From positions 3,480,001 to 3,512,000 of the forward strand of contig NC_014972.1 of the NCBI RefSeq assembly GCF_000186885.1: 32,000 nucleotides of DNA. Direction: 5' to 3'. This document shows positions 20,629 to 29,447 of the stretch, in pieces. Source of the stretch: Desulfobulbus propionicus DSM 2032. Its GTDB lineage: Bacteria > Desulfobacterota > Desulfobulbia > Desulfobulbales > Desulfobulbaceae. The notes under the pieces are model-generated. The model was given only the letters and a program-made list of their open reading frames with translations, was not told the origin of the DNA and did not search any database. Made by a program: the position numbers and the translations under genes. How positions within the stretch are numbered: the stretch's first letter is position 1; each line of letters begins with the position of its first letter.

Positions 20629-20687
20629 GGGCAATGGTTGATCATGCCGCCGGGGGCGGCGGGTTGACAAGAGGCTCCCACGCCCTC

Positions 20688-21770
20688 CTAGAGTACGCTC
20701 CAGGGTTTGGGCATGAAAATCTGGGAATACAGGGTCAGGGCATAACGGTCGGTCATGCCGGCGATAAAGTCGCACACCTGGCGGTGCCGTTTTTGCTCCT
20801 CCTCCACCGACTGCACGGGATTGCGCAGGCGGCAACAGGAGCCGATGCCGTCTTCGGGGAATTCGTGCTCCAGGAAGAACGCATACAGGTCGCGGATGAT
20901 TCGCTGCGCCTTCTCGAACTCGTTGTGTACCCGGCAGTTACGATAGACGTTGTCGTAGAGAAAGGCGCGCAGTTCGGTGATGGTATCGTTCATCCGCTCG
21001 CTCAGGTGCAACCGGCCGTCGTGGCGGGCCAGGGTGGTGGCGACCAGATCACCGACCATGGCATCGATCCGCTGCGAGGAACGGTCGCCGAGCACGGCAC
21101 GCAGATGCTTGGGCAGATCGTCGTTATGCAGCATGTCGGCGCGCAGAGCGTCATCCATGTCGTGGTTGACGTAGGCCATGATGTCCGCCACCCGTACCAG
21201 CTGTCCTTCCAGGGTGGCGGCCAGCTCGGTGGTGTCGTCGGGCAGGATCTCGCCGTAGCCCTTGGAGTGTTTGAGAATGCCGTTGCGCACCTCCCAGGTG
21301 AGATTGAGGCCGCAGCCACCGTTTTCGAGAAAATCAACGATACGCAGGCTCTGGCGGTAATGCTTGAAGCCCTTGGGATGGAGCAGGTTGAGGCTGAATT
21401 CGCCGGCATGGCCAAAGGGCGTGTGGCCGAGATCGTGGCCCAGGGCAATGGCCTCGGTCAGATACTCGTTGAGCCGCAGGCAAACCGCCATGGTGCGGGC
21501 GATCTGCGAGACCTCGAGCACATGGGTGAGGCGGGTGCGATAGTGGTCGCCGGCCGGGGCGAGAAAAACCTGGGTTTTGTGCTTCAGCCGACGAAAGGTC
21601 TTGGAATGAATGATCCGATCGCGATCCCTTTGAAAGGCGGTGCGCAGATGACAGGGCGCCTCGTCGCCGAACAGCCGTCCCCTGGAGCGGCTGCTCAGGC
21701 AGGCAAAGGGAGACAGGGTGTGCCGTTCCTGTTCCTCAAGCTGCTCCCGGATGGTGCATTCCCTGGTCAT
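20688..21770 (-). CDS. dgt: Deoxyguanosinetriphosphate triphosphohydrolase-like HD protein
   Basis: HSKTFRRLKHKTQVFL, YRTRLTHVLEVSQIARTMA, EAIALGHDLGHTPFGHAGE (HD motif). Confidence 0.93.
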   Translation of the reverse strand: MTRECTIREQLEEQERHTLSPFACLSSRSRGRLFGDEAPCHLRTAFQRDRDRIIHSKTFRRLKHKTQVFLAPAGDHYRTRLTHVLEVSQIARTMAVCLRLNEYLTEAIALGHDLGHTPFGHAGEFSLNLLHPKGFKHYRQSLRIVDFLENGGCGLNLTWEVRNGILKHSKGYGEILPDDTTELAATLEGQLVRVADIMAYVNHDMDDALRADMLHNDDLPKHLRAVLGDRSSQRIDAMVGDLVATTLARHDGRLHLSERMNDTITELRAFLYDNVYRNCRVHNEFEKAQRIIRDLYAFFLEHEFPEDGIGSCCRLRNPVQSVEEEQKRHRQVCDFIAGMTDRYALTLYSQIFMPKPWSVL

Positions 21771-21781
21771 GAGCGCTCACC

Positions 21782-22892
21782 TCAGGGCTGCCACAGGAGG
21801 TAGGCCTTGATAAAGGGATCGAGCCGCCCATCGAGGACCGCGTCCACGTTGCCCTCCTCGGTGTTGGTGCGGTGATCCTTGATCAGCCGGTAGGGCTGCA
21901 ACACATAGGAGCGGATCTGGCTGCCCCAGGCGATCTCCTTTTTGTCGCCCTGGATATTTTCCTGGGTGCGTTGCTGCTCCTCCTTTTCCCGCTCGTAGAG
22001 CCTTGCCATGAGCATCTTCATGGCCGTGGCCTTGTTGCTGTGCTGGCTGCGCTCGTTCTGGCACTGGACCACGATGCCGGTGGGAAAATGGGTGATGCGG
22101 ATGGCCGAATCGGTCTTGTTGACGTGCTGACCACCCGAACCGCTGGCCCGGTAGGTGTCGATGCGGATGTCCTTGTCGTTGATCTCGATCTCGACATCGT
22201 CATCCAATTCGGGCATGACCATCACCGAGGCGAACGAGGTGTGCCGCCGGCCGCTGGCATCGAAGGGCGAAATGCGGACCAGCCGATGAATGCCGACCTC
22301 GGAGCGGAGATAGCCGTAGGCGTATTTGCCCTTGACCATGATGGTGACGCTCTTGGTGCCGGCCTCGTCGCCGGGCAGCAGATCGAGGATGTCGGCCTTG
22401 AACCCCTTGGACTCCGCCCAGCGCAGGTACATGCGCAGGAGGATACCGACCCAGTCCTGGGCCTCGGTGCCGCCGGCCCCGGCATGGATGGTGAGGATGG
22501 CGTTGTTGGCGTCGTGCTCGCCGGAAAACATGCACTCCAGCTCCACCAGCTCGACGCGGCGGCGAAGGTCGTCCAGACCGGAAACCACCTCCTGGTAGGT
22601 GTCCTGGTCGTTCTCTTCCCGGGCCATGTCGAGCAGCATTTCGGCGTCCTCGAGATCGCCGAAATTCTTCTCCCACACCCCGATCAGATCCTGCAGCTGT
22701 CCCAACTGGCGCTGCACCCGCTTGGCCTCGCTCTGGTTGTCCCAGAAGTTGGGGCTGACCGTCTGCCGCTCCAGCAGTTCGACTTGTTCACGCTTGCCGT
22801 CTAAGTCAAAGATGCTCCTTGAGCACGAGCATTTTGCCCTTGAGGCTGTCGAGCAACTGTTTGGATTCCGCTGATTCGGTGATATCGGCCAT
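21782..22892 (-). CDS. prfB: Peptide chain release factor 2, expressed through programmed +1 frameshifting
   Basis: Body ORF (HAGAGGTEAQDW, SGSGGQHVNKTDSAIRI) plus a 28-codon upstream ORF MADITESAESKQLLDSLKGKMLVLKEHL followed by CTT-TGA-C. The +1 shift restores LDLDGKREQVELLERQTVSPNFWDN in frame with the body ORF. Confidence 0.96.
22805..22820 (-). promoter_or_regulatory. prfB programmed +1 frameshift signal (CTTTGAC with internal Shine-Dalgarno-like AAGGAG)
   Basis: Minus strand AAGGAGCATCTTTGAC; the TGA at 22806-22808 is in the zero frame. Confidence 0.94.
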
Positions 22893-22910
22893 GGTGCACC
22901 TCATTGAAAA

Positions 22911-22944
22911 AACAAAAAAGAGACGAGCACGCCGAAAGCGTCTC
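22911..22944 (-). terminator. Terminator-like hairpin just upstream of the prfB start codon
   Basis: Minus strand GAGACG-CTTTCGGCGTGCT-CGTCTC followed by TTTTTTGTT. Confidence 0.6.
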
Positions 22945-23018
22945 GCCCATGATGATACCAACAGCCTGCGTGATCGCTTTATTCCGACCGGTCAAGCTGT
23001 CTCTTTTGAAAAGGTTCT

Positions 23019-23047
23019 ATACTAAACAGAAACAGCGCAAGTCTCAA
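23019..23047 (-). promoter_or_regulatory. Candidate sigma70-like promoter for prfB
   Basis: Minus strand TTGAGA - 17 bp - TAGTAT, in the lnt/prfB intergenic region. Confidence 0.45.
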
Positions 23048-23123
23048 GGAAGAAAGCCGGAATAGCGGTGAAAAACCGGCGATTCCAGCGAACGGGGTCG
23101 ACCGCGCCACGCTTGCCGTTCCC

Positions 23124-24716
23124 TCACTCCACACGGCGGAGCCGATGGAGCAGCATCAGGGGCAGAAAGAGGGCGCACGCCGCGCCGAAACGATGACCGC
23201 CGCGGTTGAACACCGTGGCCAGGTCGAGCATCGGCGCCGACTCGCTCAGCGCTGCCTCGGTGAAGATGTCGCTCTGCGCGACGATCCGTCCCGTGGGATC
23301 GACAAAACCGCTGATCCCGGTATTGGCGGCCCGGATCAGGGTGCGCTTGTTTTCCACCGCCCGCAATACCGCCATGGCCATGGACTGGTGGGGCGCGCTG
23401 GAGCGCCCATACCAGGCGTCATTGGTGATGTTGACCAGCAGATTGGCGCCGCGAATGACGCTCTCGTGGGCGATGGCCGGGAAAATTGACTCGTAACAGA
23501 CCAGCATGCCGAGTTGCAGCGGGCCAAGGCGCAGCGGGCCTCTCTGGTCGCCAGCGGTGAAATCACCGATACTGACCACCAGCGGCTCGAGGAAGGGAAG
23601 AAAGCGGCGTAGCGGCACATACTCGCCAAATGGTACCAGATGCTGTTTGGCATATTGACCGCCCAGACGGCCCTCCGGCCCAATGAGGATGGCGCCGTTG
23701 TAGTAGCGGACCGATTCGCCAGCGCCGGCTTGCCGCGGCAGCTGGTATAACGGCGCTCCGGTCAGCAGCCAGGTGTTGTTGCTTGTGGCCAGGTCGCTGA
23801 CCCGTTGCATCAGGGCATCGCGCTGCGGATAGAACGGCAGGGCGGTTTCCGGCCAGACCACCAGCTCGACATCCTGCCCCGCGATGGCTTGGCGGCTCAG
23901 CCTGAGATAGGTGTCCACCGTGGCGGCCTTGGTGGCGGGCGACCACTTGATCGCTTGATCGATATTGCCCTGGACCACGGCCACCCGGGCCTGCATCGAC
24001 CGGGCGGCAATGGCGCCGACCACCTGATAGCGGACCAGGGAATAGCCGCCGATAAACACGAGAAAGCCGACGGCCGCGATCAGCAACCATCGTTCCAAAC
24101 GGACATTCCACCGTACTCCGCGCCGCTGTCGGTCAATGATTCCAACCATCAGGCCGTTGGCCAGCACCAGGGAAAAGGTCAGCAGATGGTGACCGCCGAT
24201 ATCGGCAGCTTGGATCAACCGGGGTTGGCTGAACAGACCGTAGCCGAGATCCATCCAGGGAAACCCGCTCAGCACCAGGCCTCTGAGAAAGTCAAGCCCC
24301 ACCCAGAGCACCGGCGCCCCCCAAATCAATGGGGCAACGGAACGCTCGCGATGCCAGGAACGACCGGCGACACGGCTGGTCAACCAACAGAAAATGGCCG
24401 GAAAACAGGCCATGTAGGCGGAAAGAAGAAACAGGGCCGGCAGGGTGACCCACAGGGGCAGGCCGCCGTAGCGGCCCAGGACGATCAGAATCCAATAGAG
24501 CAGCGCCAGATGGTACACCAAGCCAAACACAAACCCGGCCAGGGCGCTGCGGCCTGGCCGGGCATAGAGGGCGATCAGCAACAGCGGCACCAGGGCGACA
24601 AACAGCAGCGGCCACCAGCCAATCCGCCCGGGCATGGCCAGGGCCAGCAGGCCGGCGGAGGCAAGGGCGGCTGAGCCGAGGGTGAGCGGGGCGTCAGGGT
24701 TGGGGTGGAATCTCAT
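23124..24716 (-). CDS. lnt: Apolipoprotein N-acyltransferase
   Basis: N-terminal TM segments; VAVVQGNIDQAIKW, LVVWPETALPFY, NGAILIGPEGRLGGQYAKQHLVPFGEYVP, MLVCYESIFPAI, LLVNITNDAWYGRSSAPHQS. Start trimmed from 24926 to MRFHPNPDAP. Confidence 0.93.
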   Translation of the reverse strand: MRFHPNPDAPLTLGSAALASAGLLALAMPGRIGWWPLLFVALVPLLLIALYARPGRSALAGFVFGLVYHLALLYWILIVLGRYGGLPLWVTLPALFLLSAYMACFPAIFCWLTSRVAGRSWHRERSVAPLIWGAPVLWVGLDFLRGLVLSGFPWMDLGYGLFSQPRLIQAADIGGHHLLTFSLVLANGLMVGIIDRQRRGVRWNVRLERWLLIAAVGFLVFIGGYSLVRYQVVGAIAARSMQARVAVVQGNIDQAIKWSPATKAATVDTYLRLSRQAIAGQDVELVVWPETALPFYPQRDALMQRVSDLATSNNTWLLTGAPLYQLPRQAGAGESVRYYNGAILIGPEGRLGGQYAKQHLVPFGEYVPLRRFLPFLEPLVVSIGDFTAGDQRGPLRLGPLQLGMLVCYESIFPAIAHESVIRGANLLVNITNDAWYGRSSAPHQSMAMAVLRAVENKRTLIRAANTGISGFVDPTGRIVAQSDIFTEAALSESAPMLDLATVFNRGGHRFGAACALFLPLMLLHRLRRVE

Positions 24717-25593
24717 CGTTGCGGACAATGCGCACACTTTTGATGCGACGGGGATCGGCACCGAGCACCTTGAAGGAAAGGCCGTTCTCCTCGACCACCA
24801 CACCCGGCGGCGGCACCTTGCCCAAACGATGGATGATGAACCCGCCCACCGATTCATAGGGGCCCTCAGGCAGGTTGAGACGAAAATGGGCCTCCACCTC
24901 CTCGATATCGATCTTGGCGTCGACAATCACCGTGCGCTCGTCCACCACCCGCAGCTCGGAGTCTTCGTCGTCATGCTCGTCATCGATCTCGCCGACGATC
25001 TCCTCGATCACATCCTCCAGGGTAACCAGCCCGCGCACGCCGCCGAACTCATCGACCACGATCGCCATGTGAATCTTTTTCGATTGAAACTCGCGCAGCA
25101 GTTCGGTGATTGGTTTGGATTCCGGGATAAAGGTGGCCGGGTTGAGCACCTCCTTGAGGTCGAACTCGGCGTCATTGCCACGGGCGCAGAGGGACAGCAG
25201 GTCCTTGGCGTGAAGGATGCCGACTATCTGGTCCGGATTGTCCTTGTAAATGGGGATGCGGGTGTATCCCTGCTCGTTGATCAACCGGATCAGCTCCGGC
25301 ATCGAGGAAGTGAGATCGGCGCAAACCATCTCCGCCGAAGGGGTCATGATCTCGGAAGCGATGGTTTCCCGGAAATCGAAGATGGAATTGATCAGCCGTT
25401 CCTCGTGCACGGAAATCAACCCCTGCTCCTCGCCCTCCTCCAGCAACTCCTGGATCTCATGCTCCAATTCTTCGGTGGTGTCGGGGGCGGCGCGAAAACC
25501 GAGGACGGATTTTAATTTTTCAAAAAACGACTTACCAGGGGGCTCTTCATCCGAAGGCGCCGGACTCGCCGGCGACGGCTCCACAGTTTCCAT
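24694..25593 (-). CDS. CorC/HlyC-family CBS-domain protein with CorC transporter-associated domain
   Basis: SIFDFRETIASEIMTPSAEMVC, YTRIPIYKDNPDQIVGILHAKDLL, HMAIVVDEFGGVRGLVTLEDVIEEIVGEI(D)DE; overlaps lnt by 23 bp. Confidence 0.9.
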   Translation of the reverse strand: METVEPSPASPAPSDEEPPGKSFFEKLKSVLGFRAAPDTTEELEHEIQELLEEGEEQGLISVHEERLINSIFDFRETIASEIMTPSAEMVCADLTSSMPELIRLINEQGYTRIPIYKDNPDQIVGILHAKDLLSLCARGNDAEFDLKEVLNPATFIPESKPITELLREFQSKKIHMAIVVDEFGGVRGLVTLEDVIEEIVGEIDDEHDDEDSELRVVDERTVIVDAKIDIEEVEAHFRLNLPEGPYESVGGFIIHRLGKVPPPGVVVEENGLSFKVLGADPRRIKSVRIVRNDEIPPQP

Positions 25594-25760
25594 ACAAAAA
25601 TAGATTCTCCTTCAACGTGAAAAAACAGGTGGTATGAAAGTAGGCCAACAACGGCTAAAGTCAAGGGATATTTCCGCGACTTTTCACCGCATCCCGGGTT
25701 CCTTGCCTCTTTGCGTCCTGCGGATCGATTCCGGATATGGTTTTTTCCCTGAGCTTCCTC

Positions 25761-25789
25761 TTGACGGAGAGGTACGGGTATGCTAAAAG
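25761..25789 (+). promoter_or_regulatory. Candidate promoter for the tRNA-Lys gene
   Basis: TTGACG - 17 bp - TAAAAG, about 54 bp upstream of the tRNA 5' end. Confidence 0.55.
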
Positions 25790-25842
25790 GTGCGCCTGCA
25801 ATGCGGGTGACCAGCTTGCCCGCACCATGAACATACACTCAT

Positions 25843-25918
<76 letters not shown>

Positions 25919-25926
25919 TCATATCA

Positions 25927-25959
25927 AGCACTTAGCGAACAGTCGCTAGGTGCTTTTTT
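25927..25959 (+). terminator. Rho-independent terminator of the tRNA-Lys gene
   Basis: AGCACTTAGCGA-ACAG-TCGCTAGGTGCT (12 bp, one G.U) followed by T-tract. Confidence 0.9.
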
Positions 25960-26136
25960 ATTTAGCCCCCATCGGTCTCACCCATGACAGGATGTCGCGG
26001 AACAACGCCCTTGCCACGATGGGCCAATGTTTCTGCTTGAATTCTGCGCAAAAAATACGCATAACAATCCGAGATGCGTAGGCAACCCAAAGTTCCCCAA
26101 AATCAAAAAGTCCGTTCTTGTAACGAGGTGAGCGAC

Positions 26137-26625
26137 ATGACGAAAAAAAGAGTGCTTCTGGTGGCTGTGTTCTGTTCTTTTCTTTTCTTGCCGCACTACA
26201 CTGCCCAGGCGGCTGCCTCCTTCGCCAAACCCAATTTGGCCGGAACCTGGTTTTTATACATAACCATCAACCAGATGAACAAGGAAACAGGATCGGATCC
26301 GACCTCGTATTTTGTACAGAAATCCGCCTGTGTATGGGGCACGGTCTCCGTCAATAAAAGCGGAGTGGTCAACTCGGGAACCACTCTAACTTATTACGAT
26401 TACGAAGGTGGTTCCTCCTTGTTCACCGTGACGGGTGGTGCGCTGATCATCGCCAAGAACGGCGTGGTTACCGGCGGGATCAATGTCATTGATTCGAGCC
26501 ATCAGACCGACACGATCACCATCGCGAACAGCAAGATGGAACCCGGCAAGAAGATGATCGCTGGAATCGTCAAGGACGCCGGGCACACCAAAAGCTACGG
26601 CATGTTCTCCGCAGTAAAACGATAG
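26137..26625 (+). CDS. Hypothetical secreted protein
   Basis: MTKKRVLLVAVFCSFLFLPHYTAQAAA signal peptide with upstream GAGGTG RBS-like motif; body NLAGTWFLYITINQMNKETGSDPTSY..., no family recognised. Confidence 0.72.
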   Translation: MTKKRVLLVAVFCSFLFLPHYTAQAAASFAKPNLAGTWFLYITINQMNKETGSDPTSYFVQKSACVWGTVSVNKSGVVNSGTTLTYYDYEGGSSLFTVTGGALIIAKNGVVTGGINVIDSSHQTDTITIANSKMEPGKKMIAGIVKDAGHTKSYGMFSAVKR

Positions 26626-26676
26626 GGCCGTCGCCGTCTCTTGAAGATGTGTTGTTGAAACGGCTTTCCACACCAC

Positions 26677-26711
26677 AAAGCCGGTCACCTGAAGGTGACC
26701 GGCTTTTTTGT
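26677..26711. terminator. Strong terminator between convergent genes
   Basis: AAAGCCGGTCACC-TGAA-GGTGACCGGCTTT, perfect 13-bp stem, T-rich on the + side (TTTTTTGTTTT). Confidence 0.92.
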
Positions 26712-26733
26712 TTTATCCGCCATGGCGCTCCGC

Positions 26734-27849
26734 TCAGCTCCCATCCCTGCCCGCGACCACACCATGACGAGCATAGGTGTCAACCAGTTTTCTCACCATG
26801 CCCCGAAGACCGTAGCGATCGGCAATGATCCGATGTTGGCGTTCCATCCGTTGCGGTTCTCGTCGCGGCAGCTGGGCCAGTTCGTTCAATCCCTGGCAGG
26901 CAGCAGGGACGTCATCGTACGCAACCAGACGATAATCCTCGACCAAGTTGAGTGGCTCCTCGGTGGAAGAAATACGACAGGCGAGCACGGGCAGGCCGTT
27001 GAGCAGGCTCTGGATCAAGGCCTGGGACACGCCCTCTGCCTCGTAGGAGGAAAAAAAACAAAGGTCAAAGGCGCTGAGAAAACACTCGGGCTGCTCCTGA
27101 TGGCCGACAAAGAGCACCCGTTCGGTAACGCCCAATTCCTTGGCCAGGGCCTGAAGCCGGTCCAATTGGTCACCGTCGCCGACCAACATGAACCGGTAGT
27201 GGTCGGGCATGGCTGCCGCTGTCTTGATGATGAACGCATGCCCTTTGTAGGTACGCAGAAAACCGACATTGCCCACCAGAATATGGTGATCGCCAATGCC
27301 ATAGGCCTGACGAATAGCGTGCCGGTGCTGGGGTGAAAAACGAAACCGGGTCTCATCGTTGCCGGTTGACAGGACCACGGTCTTGCCCGCCGCGACGCCC
27401 TGCCTGGTCAACTGGGCGGCAATGGCCTCGCTGCAGGTGAAAATCACATGGGGAAAAAGAGTATAGCTTACGGCCGAGGAGATCGGCGCCAGGACGTGGC
27501 GGGTCCGGATGATCAGCGGCACCCGGCAAAAACGGGCAACAGCCCCGGCCATCCAGGAATCTTCGGAGGAATGCGTGTTGATCACCCTGGGCTTGAGCAT
27601 GCTGACGATCTGATACAGTTCCCGCCAGGCATTGGGATTGAATTTGGCGAAGGTCGAAACGCCGTATACAGGAATGTCCTCGGCGGCGGCCCGCCGCGCC
27701 AGCTCGGCATCGCGGGGAACAATCAGGCCGACGCGGAAACCGAGCCGGCGCATCTCGCGCAGTTCAGTCAGGACCCGGATCTCCTGCCCCCCCCAAACCC
27801 GGCTGCTGTCGGTATGAACCACCAATGGACTCTGTGTATTCGGTTGCAT
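26734..27849 (-). CDS. Glycosyltransferase, GT4-like (GT-B fold)
   Basis: VVHTDSSRVWGGQEIRVLTELREMRRLG, IINTHSSEDSWMAGAVAR-like region, VGNVGFLRTYKGHAFII, MLVGDGDQLDRLQALAKELGVTERVLFVGH, FFSSYEAEGVSQALIQSLLNGLPVLA. Start trimmed from 28110 to MQPNTQSPLV. Confidence 0.88.
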   Translation of the reverse strand: MQPNTQSPLVVHTDSSRVWGGQEIRVLTELREMRRLGFRVGLIVPRDAELARRAAAEDIPVYGVSTFAKFNPNAWRELYQIVSMLKPRVINTHSSEDSWMAGAVARFCRVPLIIRTRHVLAPISSAVSYTLFPHVIFTCSEAIAAQLTRQGVAAGKTVVLSTGNDETRFRFSPQHRHAIRQAYGIGDHHILVGNVGFLRTYKGHAFIIKTAAAMPDHYRFMLVGDGDQLDRLQALAKELGVTERVLFVGHQEQPECFLSAFDLCFFSSYEAEGVSQALIQSLLNGLPVLACRISSTEEPLNLVEDYRLVAYDDVPAACQGLNELAQLPRREPQRMERQHRIIADRYGLRGMVRKLVDTYARHGVVAGRDGS

Positions 27850-28271
27850 GCGCACGTGGTGGCCCCTCTGCCTGTCAAGAATAAACCGGCCGTTGGTGAA
27901 CGCCGCCACCCTCCTGCCACAAAGGTCGGGACCGGAAAAAATAGGGCAGCGAGCACGCTCCCGCCCCTTGATGCAAATATGGTTGGACAATGCCTCCGCA
28001 CCGACCGCCGTCGGCAAGGCTCCCACCGGTTGCGCGGAAACGCCCGGCAGCGCGATGACGGCGGATAATGGCTCCGCGTCTACCCTATCCACTTTCTTGC
28101 GATCCAACAAGCGTTCTCTCAGCCACTCTCCACGTCCTCTCCCAGGTGGGGTGTTGCCCTCTACGCAAAAACGTCGCCCGCTGCGGCCTTACACGCCATC
28201 TCATTGTTGGCAAAAAAGAGAAACGAACGAACGGCATTTTGAATGCCCGGCAAAAAAATGCAATTAACATT

Positions 28272-28299
28272 TTGAAAACGCGTGCCGATACCATACCAT
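28272..28299 (+). promoter_or_regulatory. Weak candidate promoter for the DUF4402/chaperone operon
   Basis: TTGAAA - 16 bp - TACCAT, about 90 bp upstream of the first pilin-like CDS. Confidence 0.3.
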
Positions 28300-28388
28300 A
28301 CGGAAGGAATGCGGAGTTCTTTCCGAAAACAAACGGACGACGGATCCCATCGGAGGGGACGTCACAATCAATTCATAGGAGGAAATAC

Positions 28389-28934
28389 ATGAAAAAAACG
28401 TGGAAACGCAGTGCACTTCTCATGGGGACGGCAATGCTTGGGGCGATCGCCCTGTCTGGGACGAATGTGCAGGCAGGTGACGTGACCATGGACATCAATG
28501 TGGAAGTCAACTCAACGCTCACCGAAACTGCGACCAATATGGACTTTGGGACCATCGACCTCAACCCGGCCGGCGATACCGTCACCATCGATGCCACCGC
28601 GGGTTCGGCAACCCCGGCAACCACGGGAACATCGGTCATCACCGGCGGCACCAGCGGCACGATCACCGTGGCTTCGCCCAATGCCTTTACCATCACCGTC
28701 ACCTATCCTGCAACGGCAACCCTCAACGGTTCGGGCACTGCCGCGGGCGAGACCCTGACTGTCAGTGATATCGCCGCGAACTCCGAGGGCGGTAGCGGCA
28801 CTGTTGCAAAATCGTCAGGCCCCTCCCCAGGCTCGGATGCGGTCATTCACGTTGGCGGGGCAATAGTGTTCCCAGCGGACACGGTCAACGGCCCGTACAG
28901 CGGGACCATGACCATCACGCTCAACTATTCATAA
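28389..28934 (+). CDS. DUF4402-like secreted pilin-like protein (subunit A)
   Basis: Strong RBS (AGGAGG), signal peptide MKKTWKRSALLMGTAMLGAIALSGTNVQA, MDFGTIDLNPAGDTVTIDA core and C-terminal PYSGTMTITLNYS. Confidence 0.83.
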   Translation: MKKTWKRSALLMGTAMLGAIALSGTNVQAGDVTMDINVEVNSTLTETATNMDFGTIDLNPAGDTVTIDATAGSATPATTGTSVITGGTSGTITVASPNAFTITVTYPATATLNGSGTAAGETLTVSDIAANSEGGSGTVAKSSGPSPGSDAVIHVGGAIVFPADTVNGPYSGTMTITLNYS

Positions 28935-29434
28935 TGCCCCTTGTGTTTCGGCAAAAAACGGCCAGGGCCCGCTCTTGGCGCGCCCTGGTCACCATGTTGA
29001 TGGGACCGCCTCTCCTTGCCGCTCCGCCCTTGATGGCCGGAGAGGTGGCCCACTTCACAAGCCTTGATTTCGGGACCATAGATCTCAACCCCGGTGGCGA
29101 CACCATCGTTATTGCCGCGCAGCATGGCCCCGCTTCGCCCACGGGCAGCCGTTCGGTGGTGGTGGGCGGCAGCAGCGGCCTGATGCAACTGACCTCCACC
29201 GAAGCGGAACATGTTGAAATCGTCTATCCGGAATCTGTCCTGTTGAGCTGTGGCGGCCGTTCGCTCAACATCACCAATATCGGCCCCAATTCACAGTATT
29301 CTCTTTCAGGAGTCGAGCTGCCCGGAGGGGGGGTGACCCGTTCGGTCAGTATCGGTGGGAGTCTTGCACTGCAGGGTAATGAAACCTCGGGCAGCTGCAG
29401 CGGCTCCATGTCCATCCAACTCAATTTCTTCTAA
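28934..29434 (+). CDS. DUF4402-like secreted pilin-like protein (subunit B, Cys-containing)
   Basis: Paralogue of the preceding protein: LDFGTIDLNPGGDTIVIAAQ ... SGSCSGSMSIQLNFF; N-terminal signal sequence; TAATG stop/start coupling with the first gene. Confidence 0.82.
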   Translation: MPLVFRQKTARARSWRALVTMLMGPPLLAAPPLMAGEVAHFTSLDFGTIDLNPGGDTIVIAAQHGPASPTGSRSVVVGGSSGLMQLTSTEAEHVEIVYPESVLLSCGGRSLNITNIGPNSQYSLSGVELPGGGVTRSVSIGGSLALQGNETSGSCSGSMSIQLNFF

Positions 29435-29447
29435 AGCGGATTGTCCC

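Noticed and set aside
18202-20667. 821-aa + strand ORF antisense to valS
   Set aside because: Shadow ORF of a GC-rich gene; valS codons and all catalytic motifs are on the minus strand and the antisense product is G/H/R/V-rich without recognisable domains.
20629-20835. 69-residue N-terminal extension of valS in the ORF track
   Set aside because: Overlaps the end of dgt and is P/R/G-rich; MQATNLNNPDKYDLPKAYEFSEVEQRW is a normal ValRS start.
25919-26136. Possible attachment-site repeat or riboswitch between the tRNA and the secreted-protein gene
   Set aside because: I found no copy of the tRNA 3' end, no integrase in the window and no known riboswitch core; only the tRNA terminator is supported.
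27850-28110. N-terminal extension of the glycosyltransferase ORF
   Set aside because: The GT-B fold begins at LVVHTDSSRVWGGQE, just after MQPN; the extension has no recognisable content.
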